A stretch of DNA of 64,000 bases, taken from positions 32,001 to 96,000 of the forward strand of contig JBBQFH010000009.1 of assembly GCA_038321865.1 (NCBI GenBank), read 5' to 3'. The translations under genes and the position numbers were made by a program. This document shows, piece by piece, positions 27,661 to 37,383 of the stretch; positions within the stretch are counted from its first letter, which is position 1, and the number at the start of each line of letters is the position of its first letter. Source of the stretch: Gemmatimonadales bacterium (GTDB lineage: Bacteria; Gemmatimonadota; Gemmatimonadetes; Gemmatimonadales; GWC2-71-9). The notes below the pieces were generated by a model, which was not told the origin of the DNA, ran no database searches, and worked only from the letters and a program-made list of their open reading frames with translations.

Positions 27661-28940
27661 GGCCCGCCGATCGGGCTGCGGGCCCCGCCCGGGCGTCGCA
27701 CCGCCGGCACACCGAATTGCGGCGTGGCCCACAGGTATTCGTCGGTGAGGGCCTCCGGCGGGATGATCCGTCCAGCGAAGTTTTCCCGGAGGCCCGCCCG
27801 GCTCAGCAGTGCCGCGCCGAATCCCGCGGTGCCGAGGAGCCAGGTGACGAGGATGGCGGCGCCGCGGATCAGGTCCCCGGCGACGGGCACCCACCCGAAC
27901 AGCGCCCACGCCGCCCAGAGCGCGAGCGTGGCGACCAGACCGGTCGTCAGGAAGCGATAGCTGCTGGGCGCGCCCATCGTCACGCCCCGCGCCATGCGAC
28001 GGCGGACGTAGGTCTCACCCATCGCGTGCGCCACCGCGAGATAGCCGCCCACGATGGCGATCACGGCAAGCAGGACGTAGGCGACGACGGCAAAAGGCAG
28101 CAGCAGAATCCCCGCCACGCTCAGGACCAGCCCGACCACCACCATGCCGAACGTCGGCAGCAGCAGCACCTGCCCGAGCAGTCCCGTCACGAAGGCGCGC
28201 CCGAAGGAGTGCGAGACCGTGTCCGACACGATCTCGAGATTGTGATGCCCGAACGTCGCGAGCCCCAGCCCGAGGAACGCCAGCGTCATGGCCACGCCGG
28301 CGAGACCGGCCAGCCGCCGAACGGTCAGCGCCAAAGCCGACACCGGCGCGCCGGCCGCTGCCGCGGGCACCGCCGCGCTCAGCGTCCGGATCTCACCGTC
28401 CACCACGCCCCCGTCAACCACCCGGGCGACACCGTGCACGACCAGCACGTCGCCGGCGATGACCGCGCCGGGGTGCACGGTCACATTGCCGTCGAGCGCC
28501 ACCAGATTGCCCTGCACGCGCCCGTAGATGTCGGCATCGCCGCGCACCACGAGCAGATGCCCCCGGACCGTCTGGTCGGAGCCCACGCTGTAGTTGCCAA
28601 GGCGCGCCTGTCCGTTGGGGACCGTGACGCGGATCTGGGATTCGGCCAGACGATTCAGCGGGGCGAAACGGGACTCGATCGCGGCGGGCCGGCTGAGATC
28701 GCTCAAATCGATGGTGAGGTCGGAGGGACCGGCCGGCGGCATCGGCTGTGGATGCGCCGCGGGGGCCTGGCCCGGGCGCGGTCCGTCCTGCGCCTCGTGA
28801 TCACCTCGCAGCTGCTGGATGATTCCCCAGATGTCCCGCGCCGCGGTCAGCGCCGCCGTGCCGCGGTCGGCGGCGGCAGCGGGGCGGGAGATCGCGAGCA
28901 GCAGCGCGAGTGTCGCGAACGCCCGGTTACGCGCGCGCAT
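27657..28940 (-). CDS. Membrane protein with bactofilin-like beta-helix and C-terminal TM bundle
   Basis: Signal peptide; G.V.G.LV repeats (VRGHLLVVRGDADIYGRVQGNLVALDG); several TM helices. Confidence 0.7.
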   Translation of the reverse strand: MRARNRAFATLALLLAISRPAAAADRGTAALTAARDIWGIIQQLRGDHEAQDGPRPGQAPAAHPQPMPPAGPSDLTIDLSDLSRPAAIESRFAPLNRLAESQIRVTVPNGQARLGNYSVGSDQTVRGHLLVVRGDADIYGRVQGNLVALDGNVTVHPGAVIAGDVLVVHGVARVVDGGVVDGEIRTLSAAVPAAAAGAPVSALALTVRRLAGLAGVAMTLAFLGLGLATFGHHNLEIVSDTVSHSFGRAFVTGLLGQVLLLPTFGMVVVGLVLSVAGILLLPFAVVAYVLLAVIAIVGGYLAVAHAMGETYVRRRMARGVTMGAPSSYRFLTTGLVATLALWAAWALFGWVPVAGDLIRGAAILVTWLLGTAGFGAALLSRAGLRENFAGRIIPPEALTDEYLWATPQFGVPAVRRPGGARSPIGGP

Positions 28941-29535
28941 GGGAGACCGGCCCGCTCGGCACCGCCATCAGCTTCCGCAGGGCGAAGAGCCCGCTCACGT
29001 AGGCCAGCGACAACAGCGCCGAGATCGCCGCGAGCCGAGCTGGTGAGCCGAGGGCTTCCCGCAGGCCGGCATACCACGGCTGCTGAATGATGCCGGAGAC
29101 CAGCGCCCGCATGCCGCCCCAGGCCCACGCGGCCGCCGTGCCCGAGATCCAGGTCCCGGCGGCCGCGATCGCCTGTGGATGCGACAGGCTCCACCCGACG
29201 CTCGCTGCCATCGAGCCCAGCACGACCACCGCGATCATGGCGGCGGCGGCGATCGCCTTCCGCGTGCCGAAGAGCCGCCGGCGCGCGCTCTGCATGGACC
29301 GGAGGGCGAACGGATCCGGGACGGCGACCGACGCCATGACGCGGTCGGCAAATCCGGCGGACGGGCTGAACGCGGTGAGCGCGGCAAGATGGCGGGCGAG
29401 GATTCGTTCGGTCCGGGCGGTATCACGACACTCGTCGCAGGCATCGAGGTGCGCCTGCTCCGATTGGCCGAGGTGTCCGGCCAGCCAGGCATCGAGGTCG
29501 TCGAGCGACAGATGCGCGTCGGGGCGTCGGTTCAT
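28927..29535 (-). CDS. Zinc-binding (ZAS) anti-sigma factor, RsiW-like
   Basis: H...HLDACDEC motif followed by TM helices; directly downstream of ECF sigma. Confidence 0.85.
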   Translation of the reverse strand: MNRRPDAHLSLDDLDAWLAGHLGQSEQAHLDACDECRDTARTERILARHLAALTAFSPSAGFADRVMASVAVPDPFALRSMQSARRRLFGTRKAIAAAAMIAVVVLGSMAASVGWSLSHPQAIAAAGTWISGTAAAWAWGGMRALVSGIIQQPWYAGLREALGSPARLAAISALLSLAYVSGLFALRKLMAVPSGPVSHARA

Positions 29536-29548
29536 GAGTGAGCCCTCC

Positions 29549-29575
29549 TACGGGGCCGTTCCAGCGAAGGTTTCA
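29549..29575 (-). promoter_or_regulatory. SigW-type ECF promoter TGAAAC-N17-CGTA upstream of the anti-sigma gene
   Basis: Exact motif; its TGA is the sigma gene stop codon. Confidence 0.7.
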
Positions 29576-30178
29576 CTGCTTCAGGTGCGCCAGACTGAGT
29601 CGCAATTCGTTCCGTGCGCGGTGGATGTAGGTCTTCACGGTGCCGAGGGGAAGTCCGAGGATCTCGGCGATTTCCTCATACGCCCGGCCTTCGACATGAC
29701 GCAGGAGAATGCAGGACCGGTATTCCGGGCGCAGCCGCGCGATCGCGACCTCGATCTCCCCGCCCAGCTCGCGCGCCTCGACCTCCTCGAGCGCCGTCTC
29801 CTGGCGGTCGCCGATCTGCAGCGCGGTCGCCTCGATCGCTTCGGGAGTCTCGGCGTGAGGGGATCCGTCGAGCGAGAGCGTGTCCAGCTCGCGCCGCCGG
29901 AGATGATCGATCGCCGCGTTGTTGGCGATCTTGAAGATCCAGGAAGAAAACTTGAACTCGGGGCGGTACGACTCGATCGCGTTGAGCGCCTTGACGAACG
30001 TCTCCTGCGCCAGGTCTTCGGCCAGCTCACGGTCGCGCACCATCCGGTAGACCAGTGAGAAGATCGGACGCTCGTAGCGGCGCACCAGTTCGCGGTAGGC
30101 CGTCTCCTGCCCGTGGCGTGCCAGCGCCACGACCTCCTGGTCGGTGGCGCCCGCCAGATCGACGCGGCCGCTAGGCAT
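29573..30178 (-). CDS. ECF sigma factor, SigW/RpoE-like
   Basis: AEDLAQETFVKA, KFSSWIFKIANN..IDHLRR, YEEIA..LGLPLGTVKTYIHRAR. Confidence 0.95.
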   Translation of the reverse strand: MPSGRVDLAGATDQEVVALARHGQETAYRELVRRYERPIFSLVYRMVRDRELAEDLAQETFVKALNAIESYRPEFKFSSWIFKIANNAAIDHLRRRELDTLSLDGSPHAETPEAIEATALQIGDRQETALEEVEARELGGEIEVAIARLRPEYRSCILLRHVEGRAYEEIAEILGLPLGTVKTYIHRARNELRLSLAHLKQ

Positions 30179-30231
30179 GGGGCCCCGGCACGCTTGCGGG
30201 GCCGGTTCGGGCAGGACTACATTCCGCGCCT

Positions 30232-30960
30232 ATGTTCGCCTCAAATCGTGAGTTACCGGTTTCCGGCGGGCCGGAGAAGCGGGCGTATGTGCGGGGGATG
30301 TTTACCGCCATCGCTCCGACCTACGACCGCCTGAACCGTATCATGAGCCTGCGCCTCGACCTGCGGTGGCGGCGTGTGGCGGTGGAGCGCCTCGGCTGGG
30401 AGCGAGTTCCCGACGGAACCTTCCTCGATCTCTGCGCCGGGACGCTCGACTTCGCGGCAACGCTGGCGAGCCGGCCGGGCTTTCGCGGGCGCATCGTCGG
30501 CGCCGATTTCGTGCAGCGCATGCTGCAGTTCGGACGGCACAAGTCCACCCGCGTGACGCCGGTGACGGCCGATGCGCTTGACCTGCCGTTTCCGGACGCC
30601 ACCTTCGATGGCGTCATGATGGGCTGGGGTGCCCGCAATCTTGCCGACCTCGATGCGGGCCTCTCGGAGGCCGCCCGCGTGCTCGCGCCCGGCGCGCGGC
30701 TCGTGATGCTCGAGATGAGCACCCCGCCGTCGCAGCCGATGCGGGGTCTCTATCTCGCGTACTTCGAGCGCCTGCTTCCACTGGTCGGCCGGATGATCTC
30801 GAAACATAGGAGCGCCTACAACTGGTTGCCAGAGTCGGCACGGGTCTTCCCCGAGCCGGCGGCGCTGGCCGTCCGGCTCGAGCGGGCCGGGTTTCGCGAC
30901 GTCTCCTTCACCAGTTTCATGGGCGGGGTCACCGCCCTGCACGTCGCTACCCGGACCTGA
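30232..30960 (+). CDS. menG: Demethylmenaquinone methyltransferase (UbiE/MenG)
   Basis: MF..IAP.YD.LN, DLCAGT, DALDLPF, AYNWLPES. Confidence 0.9.
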   Translation: MFASNRELPVSGGPEKRAYVRGMFTAIAPTYDRLNRIMSLRLDLRWRRVAVERLGWERVPDGTFLDLCAGTLDFAATLASRPGFRGRIVGADFVQRMLQFGRHKSTRVTPVTADALDLPFPDATFDGVMMGWGARNLADLDAGLSEAARVLAPGARLVMLEMSTPPSQPMRGLYLAYFERLLPLVGRMISKHRSAYNWLPESARVFPEPAALAVRLERAGFRDVSFTSFMGGVTALHVATRT

Positions 30961-30982
30961 CGCGCCCACCTGAGGAGTCGGC

Positions 30983-32464
30983 ATGGCGATCGACAATCTG
31001 CGCGAGTTCATCAGGGCCATCGACGGCATCGGGGAGCTCGCGCGCGTCACACACCCGGTGCGCGCGCGGCTCGAGGTCGCCGAGATCGCCGATCGCGCCA
31101 TGAAGAGCAAGGCGGGCGGACCTGCGCTGCTGTTCGAGCACGTGCTCCTCGACGACGGCTCGCGGAGCCCGCACCCCGTTGCCATCAACCTCTTCGGCTC
31201 GATGCGCCGCATGTGCCTGGCGCTCGGCGTCGAGAACCTCGACGAGATCGGCGGCCGCATCTCCGAGCTGCTGGAGATGAAGGTGCCGGAAGGGCTGTTC
31301 GGCAAGCTGGCCATGCTGCCCAGGCTCGCGGAAGTCGCGAAGTTCCCGCCCCGCATCAGGAGCGGGCGGCCACCCTGTCAGGAAGTCGTGCTGCGGGGGA
31401 CCGAAATCGATCTGGGCCGAATTCCGTTTCTGACCACCTGGCCCGGCGATGGCGGCCCCTACATCACACTGCCGATGGTGATCACGACCGATCCCGCGCG
31501 CGGCACCCGAAACGTCGGCATGTATCGCGTCCAGGTGCTCGGCCGCGACACGCTGGCCATGCACTGGCAACGGCACAAGGTCGGCGCAGCCCACTGGCGC
31601 GAGATGGCGACGCGCGGCGAGCGCATGCCCGTGGTGATCGCCCTCGGAGGCGATCCGGCCAGCGTCTACTCCGGCTCGGCCCCGCTCCCGCCGACCATCG
31701 ACGAGTTCATTTTCGCCGGCTTCATCCGGCGCTCGCCGGTGGACCTGGCACGCGCCGTCACCTGCGACCTCGACGTGCCGGCCGAGTCCGAGATCGTGAT
31801 CGAAGGATACATCGACCCCGCCGAAGCGCTGGTGCTGGAGGGACCATTTGGTGACCACACGGGGTTCTATTCGCTGGCCGATCTGTATCCCCGCGTCCAC
31901 GTCACCGCGGTCACGATGCGGCGCGACCCGGTCTACGCCGCGACTCTCGTGGGCCGGCCGCCGATGGAGGATTACTACCTCGGCCACGCCACCGAACGAA
32001 TCTTTCTTCCGCTGCTCCGGCTGACGGTGCCGGAGATCGTAGACTACCACATGCCCGCGCCCGGCATCTTTCACAACCTCGTGTTCGTGGCGATCGACAA
32101 ACAGTATCCAGGCCAGGCCTACAAGGTGATGAACGCGATGTGGGGCCAGGGGCTGATGTCGCTCGCCAAGGTGCTGGTGATCGTGGACAAGGATGTAAAC
32201 GTCCGGGATCCCGACGAGGCGTGGTGGGCCGCGCTCAACAACATCGATCCGGAGCGCGACGTGCGCTTCTCCATGGGGCCGGTGGACGTGCTCGATCACG
32301 CCAGCCGCGCGTTCACCTACGGGAGCAAGATGGGCATCGACGGCACGCGGAAGTGGAAGGAAGAGGGCTTCGATCGTGAATGGCCCGGCGTGATCGTGAT
32401 GGACCCCGCCACGAAGCAGCGCGTGGACGAGATGTGGCCGAAGCTCGGGATCACGCTCTCGTGA
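30983..32464 (+). CDS. ubiD: UbiD-family decarboxylase (menaquinone/futalosine pathway type)
   Basis: DGGPYIT, NVGMYR, EGPFGDHTGFY, GRPPMED, DHAS...GSKMGID. Confidence 0.9.
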   Translation: MAIDNLREFIRAIDGIGELARVTHPVRARLEVAEIADRAMKSKAGGPALLFEHVLLDDGSRSPHPVAINLFGSMRRMCLALGVENLDEIGGRISELLEMKVPEGLFGKLAMLPRLAEVAKFPPRIRSGRPPCQEVVLRGTEIDLGRIPFLTTWPGDGGPYITLPMVITTDPARGTRNVGMYRVQVLGRDTLAMHWQRHKVGAAHWREMATRGERMPVVIALGGDPASVYSGSAPLPPTIDEFIFAGFIRRSPVDLARAVTCDLDVPAESEIVIEGYIDPAEALVLEGPFGDHTGFYSLADLYPRVHVTAVTMRRDPVYAATLVGRPPMEDYYLGHATERIFLPLLRLTVPEIVDYHMPAPGIFHNLVFVAIDKQYPGQAYKVMNAMWGQGLMSLAKVLVIVDKDVNVRDPDEAWWAALNNIDPERDVRFSMGPVDVLDHASRAFTYGSKMGIDGTRKWKEEGFDREWPGVIVMDPATKQRVDEMWPKLGITLS

Positions 32465-32477
32465 TCGGCCGCAGCGC

Positions 32478-33374
32478 GTGACGGCCCTCCGCGAGGGTCA
32501 GACGTTCGCCGGCGAGTCGCTGCTTGTCCGCTATGTCAATTTCGTCAGGCTGCCGCACACCCTGTTCGCGCTGCCGTTCGCGCTACTCGGCGTCATCGCC
32601 GCCTCGCGGCATGCTGTGGTCGGCGCTCGCGTCATCGCGCTCGTCGCCGTGGCCTTCTCGGCGGCCCGCTGGGTCGCGATGGGGTTCAACCGCATTGCCG
32701 ATCGCCGGTTCGATGCGGAAAATCCGCGGACCCGGGGGCGAGAGTTGCCCCGCGGCGCGCTGACGCTCACGCAGGCCTGGGGCTCGGTCCTCATCGCGGG
32801 CGTCATCTTCGTCCTTGCGGCCGCCCTGCTCAATCCGCTCTGCCTGCTGCTCAGCCCGCTGGCGCTCGTGTGGGTCACGACCTACAGTCTCTCCAAGCGC
32901 TTCACCTGGTGGCCGCACCTGTGGCTGGGCGCCAGTCTCGCCATGGCGCCGGTCGGTGGATACCTCGCGGTGGCGGGACGCTGGAGCGATCCGGCGTGGG
33001 TCCTCCTCGCGGCCGCGCTCGCGGTCGCGACCTGGGTCGCGGGGTTCGACATGTTCTACGCCCTGCCCGACGAGGCGTTCGATCGTGCGCGCGGCCTCCG
33101 CAGTGCCGTCGTCCGGCTCGGCCAGCGCCGGGCCATTCTCGCGGCGAAGCTCCTCCACGGGGTCACCATTCCCGCACTGGCGCTCTTTGGTCATGGCGCG
33201 GGCTTCGGCGGCTGGTACTACGCCGGCCTGCTCGTCGCCGGCGCGATCCTGCTCTACGAGCACCGCCTCGTCCGCCCGGGCGAGCTCTCCCGGCTCGATG
33301 CCGCCTTCTTCACGATGAACGGCGTGATGTCGGTGACGGTCTTCGCGTTCGCGCTCACGGATCGGCTGCTGTGA
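32478..33374 (+). CDS. ubiA: UbiA-family polyprenyltransferase (MqnP-like)
   Basis: HTLFALPF, FNRIADRRFDAENPRT..RELP, AFFTMNG. Confidence 0.88.
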   Translation: MTALREGQTFAGESLLVRYVNFVRLPHTLFALPFALLGVIAASRHAVVGARVIALVAVAFSAARWVAMGFNRIADRRFDAENPRTRGRELPRGALTLTQAWGSVLIAGVIFVLAAALLNPLCLLLSPLALVWVTTYSLSKRFTWWPHLWLGASLAMAPVGGYLAVAGRWSDPAWVLLAAALAVATWVAGFDMFYALPDEAFDRARGLRSAVVRLGQRRAILAAKLLHGVTIPALALFGHGAGFGGWYYAGLLVAGAILLYEHRLVRPGELSRLDAAFFTMNGVMSVTVFAFALTDRLL

Positions 33375-33955
33375 CTCGCTACCCCATCGTCCTCGCCATC
33401 ACCGGCGCATCCGGCGCGCCCTACGCGGTTCGCCTGCTCGAGGTGCTGAGCCGGGCCGGCACACCCACCTGGCTGATCGTCACGGGACACGGGATGCGCC
33501 TGCTGGAGGCGGAGTGCGGCATTGCGAGCATCGAGGCCCTGCGCGCGGCAACCGGCGGCGACTGGGCTGGGGTGACCCACTTTCCCGACGGCGATCGCGG
33601 CGCCCTCCCGGCGTCGGGCTCCCAGCGCACGCATGCCATGGTGATCTGCCCCTGCTCGATGGGCACCGTCGCCGCCGTGGCCGGCGGGACCAGCCGCTCC
33701 CTCGTGGAGCGCGCCGCCGACGTCACGCTGAAGGAGCGCCGCAAGCTGATTCTCGTGCCCCGGGAGACGCCGCTCTCACTCGTCCATTTGCGGAACCTCG
33801 CGGCAGTCACCGAGGCGGGCGCGATCGTGATGCCGGCCGCACCCGGCTTCTATCACCGGCCGACCCGCGTCGCCGAGCTGGTCGACTTCATGGTCCAGCG
33901 GGTGATCGATCACCTCGATCTCGACATCGAGATCGCTCCCCGCTGGGACGGTTGA
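33371..33955 (+). CDS. ubiX: Flavin prenyltransferase
   Basis: ITGASG, ASGS, PCSMGT, RAADVTLKE, VPRETP, PGFY. Confidence 0.93.
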   Translation: MTRYPIVLAITGASGAPYAVRLLEVLSRAGTPTWLIVTGHGMRLLEAECGIASIEALRAATGGDWAGVTHFPDGDRGALPASGSQRTHAMVICPCSMGTVAAVAGGTSRSLVERAADVTLKERRKLILVPRETPLSLVHLRNLAAVTEAGAIVMPAAPGFYHRPTRVAELVDFMVQRVIDHLDLDIEIAPRWDG

Positions 33956-33957
33956 GC

Positions 33958-34452
33958 GTGCGGCTCGGCGTCATTTCCGATACCCATGGCCTCCTCAGGC
34001 CCGAGGTGTTCGAGGCCTTCGCGGAGGTGGATCACATCCTTCACGCGGGAGACGTGGGCTCGCCGGCCCTGCTGGCGGAGCTCGAGGCGATCGCCCCGGT
34101 CACGGCGGTATACGGCAACACCGACGGGTTCGATCTCCGCGCCCAGCTGCCCGCCGTTGCCAGGCTCCGGCTCGACGGCTTCGATATCGTTGTGACGCAT
34201 GGGGATCAGGTGGGGTCACCGACGCCCGAGAAGCTCAATGCCGCGTTTCCGGACGCCGAAATCATCATCTACGGCCACACCCACCGCCCCTTGCTGACGA
34301 CGGTGGATGTGATCGTGACGGTCATGAATCCGGGAGGTGCGGGCCCCACCCGCTTCAATCTCCCCCCCTCGGTGGGCATCATGGAGCTAGAGGCCGGAAT
34401 CCCTCCCCGCGCGCGCCTGGTACCGCTGCTCGATTTCGAGCCCGAGGAGTAG
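33958..34452 (+). CDS. YfcE-like metallophosphoesterase
   Basis: ISDTHG, HAGD, GNTD, THG, GHTH, NPG. Confidence 0.9.
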   Translation: MRLGVISDTHGLLRPEVFEAFAEVDHILHAGDVGSPALLAELEAIAPVTAVYGNTDGFDLRAQLPAVARLRLDGFDIVVTHGDQVGSPTPEKLNAAFPDAEIIIYGHTHRPLLTTVDVIVTVMNPGGAGPTRFNLPPSVGIMELEAGIPPRARLVPLLDFEPEE

Positions 34453-34457
34453 CGCCG

Positions 34458-34934
34458 TCAGGGTTTCGTCGGCATGGCCGGGACGGCGGCTGTGGCCGAG
34501 ACCGGCGGATCCTCGGGCGGGGTCTGGCTGAGTGGCCCCATTCCCACGCCGATGATCTGTCCCCTGGGGTTCATCACCCACCGAAGCACCAGCGGCTCCG
34601 AAAGGTTCTCGAACTCTCCCTGATGCCAGAACTGCGGATTGCCTCGCCGCCGCGTCATCCGCTCTTCCGTCACCTTCTTCTCGGCACCGGCGCGCGCCGC
34701 TACCTGGTCCCGGGTCTCCAGTATCCCCTCGGCGCCCTTCAGCGCCAACTGCGTTTCCGGCGCCATGTGCGAGAGCAGGCTGTCGGTCTGTCCGGTGAAG
34801 AACCACTCCGTGAAGTGCTTGCCAAGCTTGAGATAGTCGGCGTCGGTGAGGGCGGGCGGTACGGCCTGGGCGCCGGCGGTTCGAGCGAACAACAGCGCGC
34901 AGGTGGCGCCGGAAACGAAGATGGATGGACGCAA
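34458..34934 (-). CDS. Secreted hypothetical protein
   Basis: TTG start with GGAGG RBS; signal peptide ending AGAQA. Confidence 0.7.
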   Translation of the reverse strand: MRPSIFVSGATCALLFARTAGAQAVPPALTDADYLKLGKHFTEWFFTGQTDSLLSHMAPETQLALKGAEGILETRDQVAARAGAEKKVTEERMTRRRGNPQFWHQGEFENLSEPLVLRWVMNPRGQIIGVGMGPLSQTPPEDPPVSATAAVPAMPTKP

Positions 34935-34963
34935 CAGGACCTCCGGACAGGGTATGGCGGCCG

Positions 34964-34990
34964 TACGGAGAGGTGACTGACTTTGTTTCA
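34964..34990 (-). promoter_or_regulatory. SigW-type ECF promoter TGAAAC-N17-CGTA
   Basis: Exact motif in the intergenic region, 29 nt upstream of the 34934 start. Confidence 0.72.
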
Positions 34991-35007
34991 GGACGAAACG
35001 AAGGGGC

Positions 35008-35403
35008 CTAGCGCTCGTAACCGGTCAAGCCGTAGAGGAGCAGGGCCAGGACGATCGCGGTGATGATGACATAGGTGCGATCGCGCTGGCGGGCGAACGC
35101 CAGCAGCGAGAAGGCGACTCGCGCGATCGGGGTGGCGATCAGGGCCAGCAGCCCCAGCTGAATGATTCCGCGGCCATCCCCGGTGCGAGCCGAACCGATC
35201 ACTCCCCCGACACTTTTCAGCTCGGCCGGCTGGCCCCGGAACAGGTGATAATCGGCGTGAGTGCCGCCGTAGCGGGCCAGGTACAGCACGCCGCCGACCA
35301 GCGCGATCGCCGCGGCTGCCAGCACCCCGTAGCGCAGCAAATTGCCGACGAGCATTTCGACGTGTTCGTCGGTCCAGCGGCTCTGCGGGTCCGGTCCGCT
35401 CAT
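35008..35403 (-). CDS. DUF1634 family membrane protein
   Basis: LLRYGV, GLLALIATPIARV, RDR.Y; follows TSUP gene with ATGA overlap. Confidence 0.85.
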   Translation of the reverse strand: MSGPDPQSRWTDEHVEMLVGNLLRYGVLAAAAIALVGGVLYLARYGGTHADYHLFRGQPAELKSVGGVIGSARTGDGRGIIQLGLLALIATPIARVAFSLLAFARQRDRTYVIITAIVLALLLYGLTGYER

Positions 35404-36236
35404 AGCGACCCCGTGATTCCCTTGTAGAGCATCTCGATCGCCATGACCACCACCACCACGTTGAAGATCCGGCGGAGCACGCTGGTGTGCGCACCCGCGA
35501 GAATCCGGGCGCCAAGCATCGCGCCCGCCAGCACCCCGAGCATGACCGGCATCGCCAGTCCGGGATCGATGTATCCCCGGCTCAGGTAGATACCCGCGCT
35601 GGCGGCCGCGGTGACGCCGATCATGAAGTTGCTCGTCGTCGTCGAAACCTTGAACGGCAGATGCATCGCCTGGTCCATCGCCAGCACCTTCACGACACCG
35701 GAGCCGATGCCGAGCAGCCCGGACAGGATGCCGGCTACGAACATGAGGCTGAATCCCGTCGGGACGCCCTGGACGGAATAGGCTTGCCGGCCCTCGGGAG
35801 TGGGATAGGTGCCGTTGAGCCGGAGCCGCGCCGCCCAGCGGTCGGGCGGGCCGGTGGTCACATGCTCCACCCGCGGCCGCGTGGAGCGGTAGGCCGAATA
35901 GAGCAGGACCAGGCCGAAGACGATCGCGATGGCACTCGGCGCCACGAGCGCCGCTACGAACGCCCCCACCAGCGCGCCGACGGTGGTCGCGATTTCCAGT
36001 ACCATTCCGATGCGGATGTTGGTGTACCCCTCGCGCACGAATGCCGCCGCCGCGCCGGATGACGTTGCGATCACTGAGACGAGCGAGGCGCCGATGGCGT
36101 AGCGAATGTCCACGCCGAAGACCAGCGTGAGCAGGGGCACGATCACCAGTCCGCCGCCGAGTCCGGTAAGGGCGCCGAGCACGCCGGCGGCAAAGGAGCC
36201 GAGCCCGATGAGCAGCGTAAGGATGAGGACTGACAC
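35400..36236 (-). CDS. TauE/SafE (TSUP) family transporter
   Basis: GALTGLGGG, SLVSVIATSSG, GLLGIGSG, TTTSNFMIGVT. Confidence 0.9.
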   Translation of the reverse strand: MSVLILTLLIGLGSFAAGVLGALTGLGGGLVIVPLLTLVFGVDIRYAIGASLVSVIATSSGAAAAFVREGYTNIRIGMVLEIATTVGALVGAFVAALVAPSAIAIVFGLVLLYSAYRSTRPRVEHVTTGPPDRWAARLRLNGTYPTPEGRQAYSVQGVPTGFSLMFVAGILSGLLGIGSGVVKVLAMDQAMHLPFKVSTTTSNFMIGVTAAASAGIYLSRGYIDPGLAMPVMLGVLAGAMLGARILAGAHTSVLRRIFNVVVVVMAIEMLYKGITGSL

Positions 36237-36273
36237 GCGCGGAAGGTATTCGCAGCCGGGGAGAGTGTCGAGC

Positions 36274-37383
36274 CTAGTGGATCCAGTGCGCGTACGTGGT
36301 TGTGCGGCGGAACGCATCCGGATGCTGCCGGAACCACGACATCACGAGCAGGATCTCGTCGATCGACTCCAGTGGAAGCGGGCCCGGCGGCGGCAGCGGC
36401 AGCGCGGCGATGTCGGCTACGACACCCCGGAACGCTTCGTGCTCGATCGGCGTGACGGGGTAGGGATATGAGGCGCGAACGAGTCCCTGCTGGAGGATGT
36501 AGGCTCGATCGTCGCCGAAGTCGCCGGGATCGCGGTAGACGAAGGTCAGCAGATCCACGGCGCTCCGGGCGCGGCTGGTCGCGGCGAGCAGCCATTCGAG
36601 CTGCTCGAATTTCTCTCGCCAGCGCGCCGCGAGCTCGAACTGCGCGTTTGCCGCGGCGTCGGTCATGGCGCGGACCACGCGGTCGAGCGGCTGGATGGTG
36701 CGCCCCTCCAGGAATGCCATCGCGGTTTCGACCCGCTGCGCGTACTCCCACTCCGCGATGAAGCCGGCACACGGTCCCGAGCAGAATCCGAACTCATGTC
36801 GGAGACAGGCGGCCTGTCGGGGCTGGCCGAAAAGATCTCCCTGCCCCGGAAACACGATCGGCATGGTCGGCGCGCAGTCGCGCAGCCCGAGCAGATCGTT
36901 GAGCGTTCGCACCGCCTCGAGCGTCCGGCCCAGCGAGGGAAACGGCCCATAGCAGCGGAAGTCCTCCCGTGCCACGGCGCTTCCGGCGGTGACCCGGGAG
37001 GCCGGTCCAGCCGAGACCTTAATCAGCACCGACCGGCGCGTGCGATTGAGCTTGTAGTTGAAGTGCGGGCGGAGCTTGCGGATGTGGCGCAGCTCGCCGA
37101 GATAGGCGGCGAATTCACTCGGCGCATACTCCCAGCGGATATCGTGCGCCGCATGCAGAATGCGGGCGGCCTTGTCTTCGGGGTATTTCGCCCGGAAGTA
37201 GCACAGCAGGCGAGTGCGCAGGCGCTTGGCCTTGCCGACGTAGAGCACCTGGCCGGTATTGTCCACCATCTGATAGACACCCGGGCGGTTCTCGGCCAGC
37301 GCGCGGACCCGGTCGCGCAACTGGACGAGGTCGGCCGCCGGGAGGGGCAGCATCCGCGCGCGCGGCCGTTTCAGCTTTGGCAT
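36274..37383 (-). CDS. UvrC/Cho-like GIY-YIG endonuclease with UVR domain, lacking UvrC C-terminal domains
   Basis: PGVY...LYVGKAK.LR.RL..YF, YGPF, four Cys (RDC, ACL, CSGPC), M..AA...QFELAARWR. Confidence 0.8.
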   Translation of the reverse strand: MPKLKRPRARMLPLPAADLVQLRDRVRALAENRPGVYQMVDNTGQVLYVGKAKRLRTRLLCYFRAKYPEDKAARILHAAHDIRWEYAPSEFAAYLGELRHIRKLRPHFNYKLNRTRRSVLIKVSAGPASRVTAGSAVAREDFRCYGPFPSLGRTLEAVRTLNDLLGLRDCAPTMPIVFPGQGDLFGQPRQAACLRHEFGFCSGPCAGFIAEWEYAQRVETAMAFLEGRTIQPLDRVVRAMTDAAANAQFELAARWREKFEQLEWLLAATSRARSAVDLLTFVYRDPGDFGDDRAYILQQGLVRASYPYPVTPIEHEAFRGVVADIAALPLPPPGPLPLESIDEILLVMSWFRQHPDAFRRTTTYAHWIH

